The notes under the pieces: model-generated | Told to the model about the DNA's origin: nothing | Seen by the model: only the letters and a program-made list of their open reading frames with translations | Database searches by the model: none | Program-made: the position numbers and the translations under genes | Shown here: positions 21,969-24,000 of the stretch, one piece after another | Numbering within the stretch: position 1 is the stretch's first letter | Layout: each line of letters starts with the position of its first letter | NCBI GenBank assembly: GCA_036378175.1 | Contig: DASUWY010000049.1 | Span: 1 to 24,000 of the forward strand | Reading direction: 5' to 3' | Source of the DNA: Thermoleophilaceae bacterium | Lineage (GTDB): Bacteria > Actinomycetota > Thermoleophilia > Solirubrobacterales > Thermoleophilaceae | Length of the DNA: 24,000 nucleotides

Positions 21969-22550
21969 TCAGCGGCGCGCCGTCGCGAGCAGCGTGCCCT
22001 TCTCGCGCCGCAGCGAGCGCACGTCGAACCCCATCTCGTCGAGCAGGCGGCCGAGCGAGCGCCTGCTGAAGAAGCGCAGGTGCGGCGACAGCGGGTCGAA
22101 GCAGGCGTCGAAGCCGCGGACCAGGACGCGCAGGCCGGTGAGCCGGTTGTGCGCCGGGGTCGTGACCGCGAGCGTTCCGCCCGGGCGCAGCACGCGCCTG
22201 ATCTCGGACAGCAAGAGCTGGACGTCGCGCACGTGCTCGAGCGTCTCCGCGCACAGCACGAGGTCGAACTGGGAGTCCTCGAGCGGCAGCTCCTGATCGG
22301 GCTCGAGCTCGACGAGCTCCACGTCCGCGTCGAGTCGCCGGCGCGCGCGTTCCAGCGCGATGCGCGACGGATCGGCCGCCACGAGGCGCCGCGCGTCGAG
22401 CTCCGCGCTCAGCCGCCCGTCCCCGCAGCCCACGTCGAGCGCCCGCTCGGCGCTCCCGAGTGAGCGCACGAAGCCGGCGATGTGCGCGGGCGGGCGGTTG
22501 CCGAGTTCCGGCACGAGCTCCCAGAGCTCGTCGTCGTAGCGGCTCGCCAT
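21969..22550 (-). CDS. class I SAM-dependent methyltransferase
   Basis: 193 aa. Motif I ALDVGCGDGRLS. Post-I/II regions DLVLCAETLEHV and LRPGGTLAV. The stop abuts the stop of the convergent Wzy-like gene. Confidence 0.8.
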   Translation of the reverse strand: MASRYDDELWELVPELGNRPPAHIAGFVRSLGSAERALDVGCGDGRLSAELDARRLVAADPSRIALERARRRLDADVELVELEPDQELPLEDSQFDLVLCAETLEHVRDVQLLLSEIRRVLRPGGTLAVTTPAHNRLTGLRVLVRGFDACFDPLSPHLRFFSRRSLGRLLDEMGFDVRSLRREKGTLLATARR

Positions 22551-22617
22551 TTCCTTGTTCTCTCCCCAGCGTCACCACCCAAATCAATTAGGAGGTAACG
22601 CACTAGAATTGATCAGG

Positions 22618-23172
22618 ATGACAGAAGAGCTCATCCCCACTCCGGCGGGCGCGAAGCTGATTGAGGAGTTCGTGAACACCAACGAGCTCGACGAGGCCGA
22701 CGGCGAGACGCTGCGCGACCCGGCCGCCCTGAGCGAATGGCTCCGGGAGCGCGACCTGCTTCCCGCCGATGCGACCGTGACGGGTGACGATCTGGAGAGC
22801 GCCCTGACCGTGCGCGAAGCGATCCGCTCGCTCCTCCTCGCGAACAACGGCGCGCCGCTCGATCCCGCCGCAGTCGCGAAGTTGAACACCGCCGCGGAAC
22901 GCTCGCGGCTGCGGGTGAGCTTCTCGCCGAGCGGCAAGGCCGAGCTCGTGCCGGACGAGGCGGACGTGCCCGGTGCGCTCTCGCGGATCCTGGCGGTGGC
23001 ATACACGTCGATGGCGGATGAGACCTGGCAGCGGCTCAAGGCCTGCCGGCTCGACGACTGCCAGTGGGCCTTCTTCGACCAGTCGAAGAACCGCTCCCGC
23101 ACGTGGTGCAGCATGAAGGTGTGCGGCAACCGCGCGAAGGCGCGCGCCTACCGCGAGCGGCAGCGCGGCTAG
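22618..23172 (+). CDS. CGNR zinc-finger (ABATE domain) protein
   Basis: 184 aa. The C-terminus CRLDDCQWAFFDQSKNRSRTWCSMKVCGNRAKARAYRERQ is the zf-CGNR signature. A -10-like TAGAAT (22604-22609) lies 8 nt before the ATG. Alternative start TTG 22609. Confidence 0.85.
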   Translation: MTEELIPTPAGAKLIEEFVNTNELDEADGETLRDPAALSEWLRERDLLPADATVTGDDLESALTVREAIRSLLLANNGAPLDPAAVAKLNTAAERSRLRVSFSPSGKAELVPDEADVPGALSRILAVAYTSMADETWQRLKACRLDDCQWAFFDQSKNRSRTWCSMKVCGNRAKARAYRERQRG

Positions 23173-23651
23173 ATCTCTTCCGGCAGCAGCGAGAACATCG
23201 TGATGTCGCGGCGCTCGCCCTTCATCACGGCGAACTGCCGCAGCACGCCTTCCCGCGTGAAGCCGGCGCGCTCGGCCACCCGCTCCGATGCCTCGTTACC
23301 CGGCAGCGTGTGGAGCTGCATGCGACCTAGCGAGAACTCGTCGAACGCCCAGCGGCACATCAGCTTCACGGCGCGAGTGGCCACTCCGCGCCCACGTGCG
23401 TGCGCTCCAAGCCAGTAGCCCACCTCGCCCACTCCGTCGTCCGGAAACCTGAGCCCTACGGCGCCCAGCAGCTCACCGCTGCCGGCATCCACGATCGCCC
23501 GCGCCCGGTCGTCCGCGCCGCGGATGAACGCGCGAGCATCGTCCTCGGTGTACGGCGACGGCACGTTGGTCCAGCGCGGGATCTCCGGGTCCTGACAGAT
23601 CTCCGCGACGCGCGGCGCGTCCTCCTCGCGCCACCGACGCAGCGTCACCAC
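23169..23651 (-). CDS. GNAT-family N-acetyltransferase (RimJ/RimL-like)
   Basis: VTLRRWREEDAPRVAEI..., GEVGYWLGAHARGRGVATRAVKLMCRWAF, and a C-terminal MFSLL tail. Start taken as GTG 23651, just downstream of the upstream gene's stop at 23672. The longer track ORF to 23819 would overlap the sugar transferase. Confidence 0.75.
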   Translation of the reverse strand: MVTLRRWREEDAPRVAEICQDPEIPRWTNVPSPYTEDDARAFIRGADDRARAIVDAGSGELLGAVGLRFPDDGVGEVGYWLGAHARGRGVATRAVKLMCRWAFDEFSLGRMQLHTLPGNEASERVAERAGFTREGVLRQFAVMKGERRDITMFSLLPEEI

Positions 23652-23671
23652 GCCGTCGCTGAGCGGCTCGT

Positions 23672-24000
23672 CTACCAGGCGCCCTTGGCCTTGATCACGG
23701 CCGGAATCGTCTTGAGCATGATGCTCAGGTCCTGGAACACGGACCAGTTCTCGAGGTAGAGGAAGTCGAGCCGCACCAGCTCGTCGAAGTCGAGCTCCGA
23801 GCGCCCCGACACCTGCCACAGCCCGGTGATGCCGGGCAGCACGAGGTAGCGCTTGCGATGCCAGTCCTCGAGGCGGTCGAAGTCGCGCTGCGGAAGCGGG
23901 CGCGGACCCACGAGCGACATCTCGCCGCGCAGCACGTTGAACAGCTGCGGCAGCTCGTCGAGCGACCAGCGGCGGAGAAACTGGCCGACCGGCGTGACCC
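23672..24000 (-). CDS. polyprenyl-phosphate sugar (glycosyl-1-phosphate) transferase, C-terminal part only (gene runs off the right edge)
   Basis: The minus frame stays open to the window edge. RRWSLDELPQLFNVLRGEMSLVGPRPLPQRD...LPGITGLWQVSGRS...DFLYLENWSVFQDLSIMLKTIPAV is the bacterial sugar transferase (WbaP/WecA-type PF02397-like) signature. Confidence 0.85.
   Translation of the reverse strand, partial: VTPVGQFLRRWSLDELPQLFNVLRGEMSLVGPRPLPQRDFDRLEDWHRKRYLVLPGITGLWQVSGRSELDFDELVRLDFLYLENWSVFQDLSIMLKTIPAVIKAKGAW

Noticed and set aside
22583-22613. 7-bp inverted repeat ATCAATT-N17-AATTGAT in the methyltransferase/CGNR divergent region, plus GGAGG at 22591-22595.
   Set aside because: The arms are short, AT-rich, and overlap the TAGAAT -10-like element, so this could easily be chance. 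GGAGG is 22 nt from ATG 22618 and 13 nt from the alternative TTG 22609, so it is not convincingly an SD.

Overview
High-GC (about 70% by eye), actinobacterium-like chromosomal window. It is densely coding, with about 29 CDS, many joined by 1-4 nt start/stop overlaps. I recognised no rRNA, tRNA, CRISPR array, transposase or integrase. There are three blocks. (i) 1-5550 is a nucleotide-sugar block: methyltransferase fragment, nucleotide-sugar dehydrogenase, Rmd-like reductase, GDP-mannose 4,6-dehydratase and a third extended SDR. The gmd gene is interrupted in-frame by a 343-aa LAGLIDADG intein inserted in the invariant NHE|SPRRG motif. (ii) 5611-11598 is mixed cargo: small membrane protein, PPOX/F420-type protein, cupin, and a DHA2 MFS exporter with a divergent MmyB-like regulator. 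It ends with a CarH/LitR-type MerR-B12 photoreceptor regulator divergent from a two-gene operon encoding a secreted fasciclin (FAS1) protein and a heliorhodopsin. Three 11-bp-phased T(A/T)GAC(A/G) repeats cover both -35 boxes of that divergent region. (iii) 11607-24000 is a surface-glycan assembly locus. It has two divergent glycosyltransferase operons, one also carrying LysE, GFA and a small membrane protein, separated by a 170-bp region bounded by a perfect 15-bp inverted repeat. It also has an O-antigen-ligase/Wzy-like protein with C-terminal TPRs, a methyltransferase, a CGNR zinc-finger protein, a GNAT and the 3' end of a polyprenyl-phosphate sugar transferase. The two most noteworthy items are the light module (two unrelated photoreceptor types wired together with a FAS1 protein) and the intein inside a sugar-nucleotide enzyme. 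All functional calls come from motif recognition by eye; no database search was possible.
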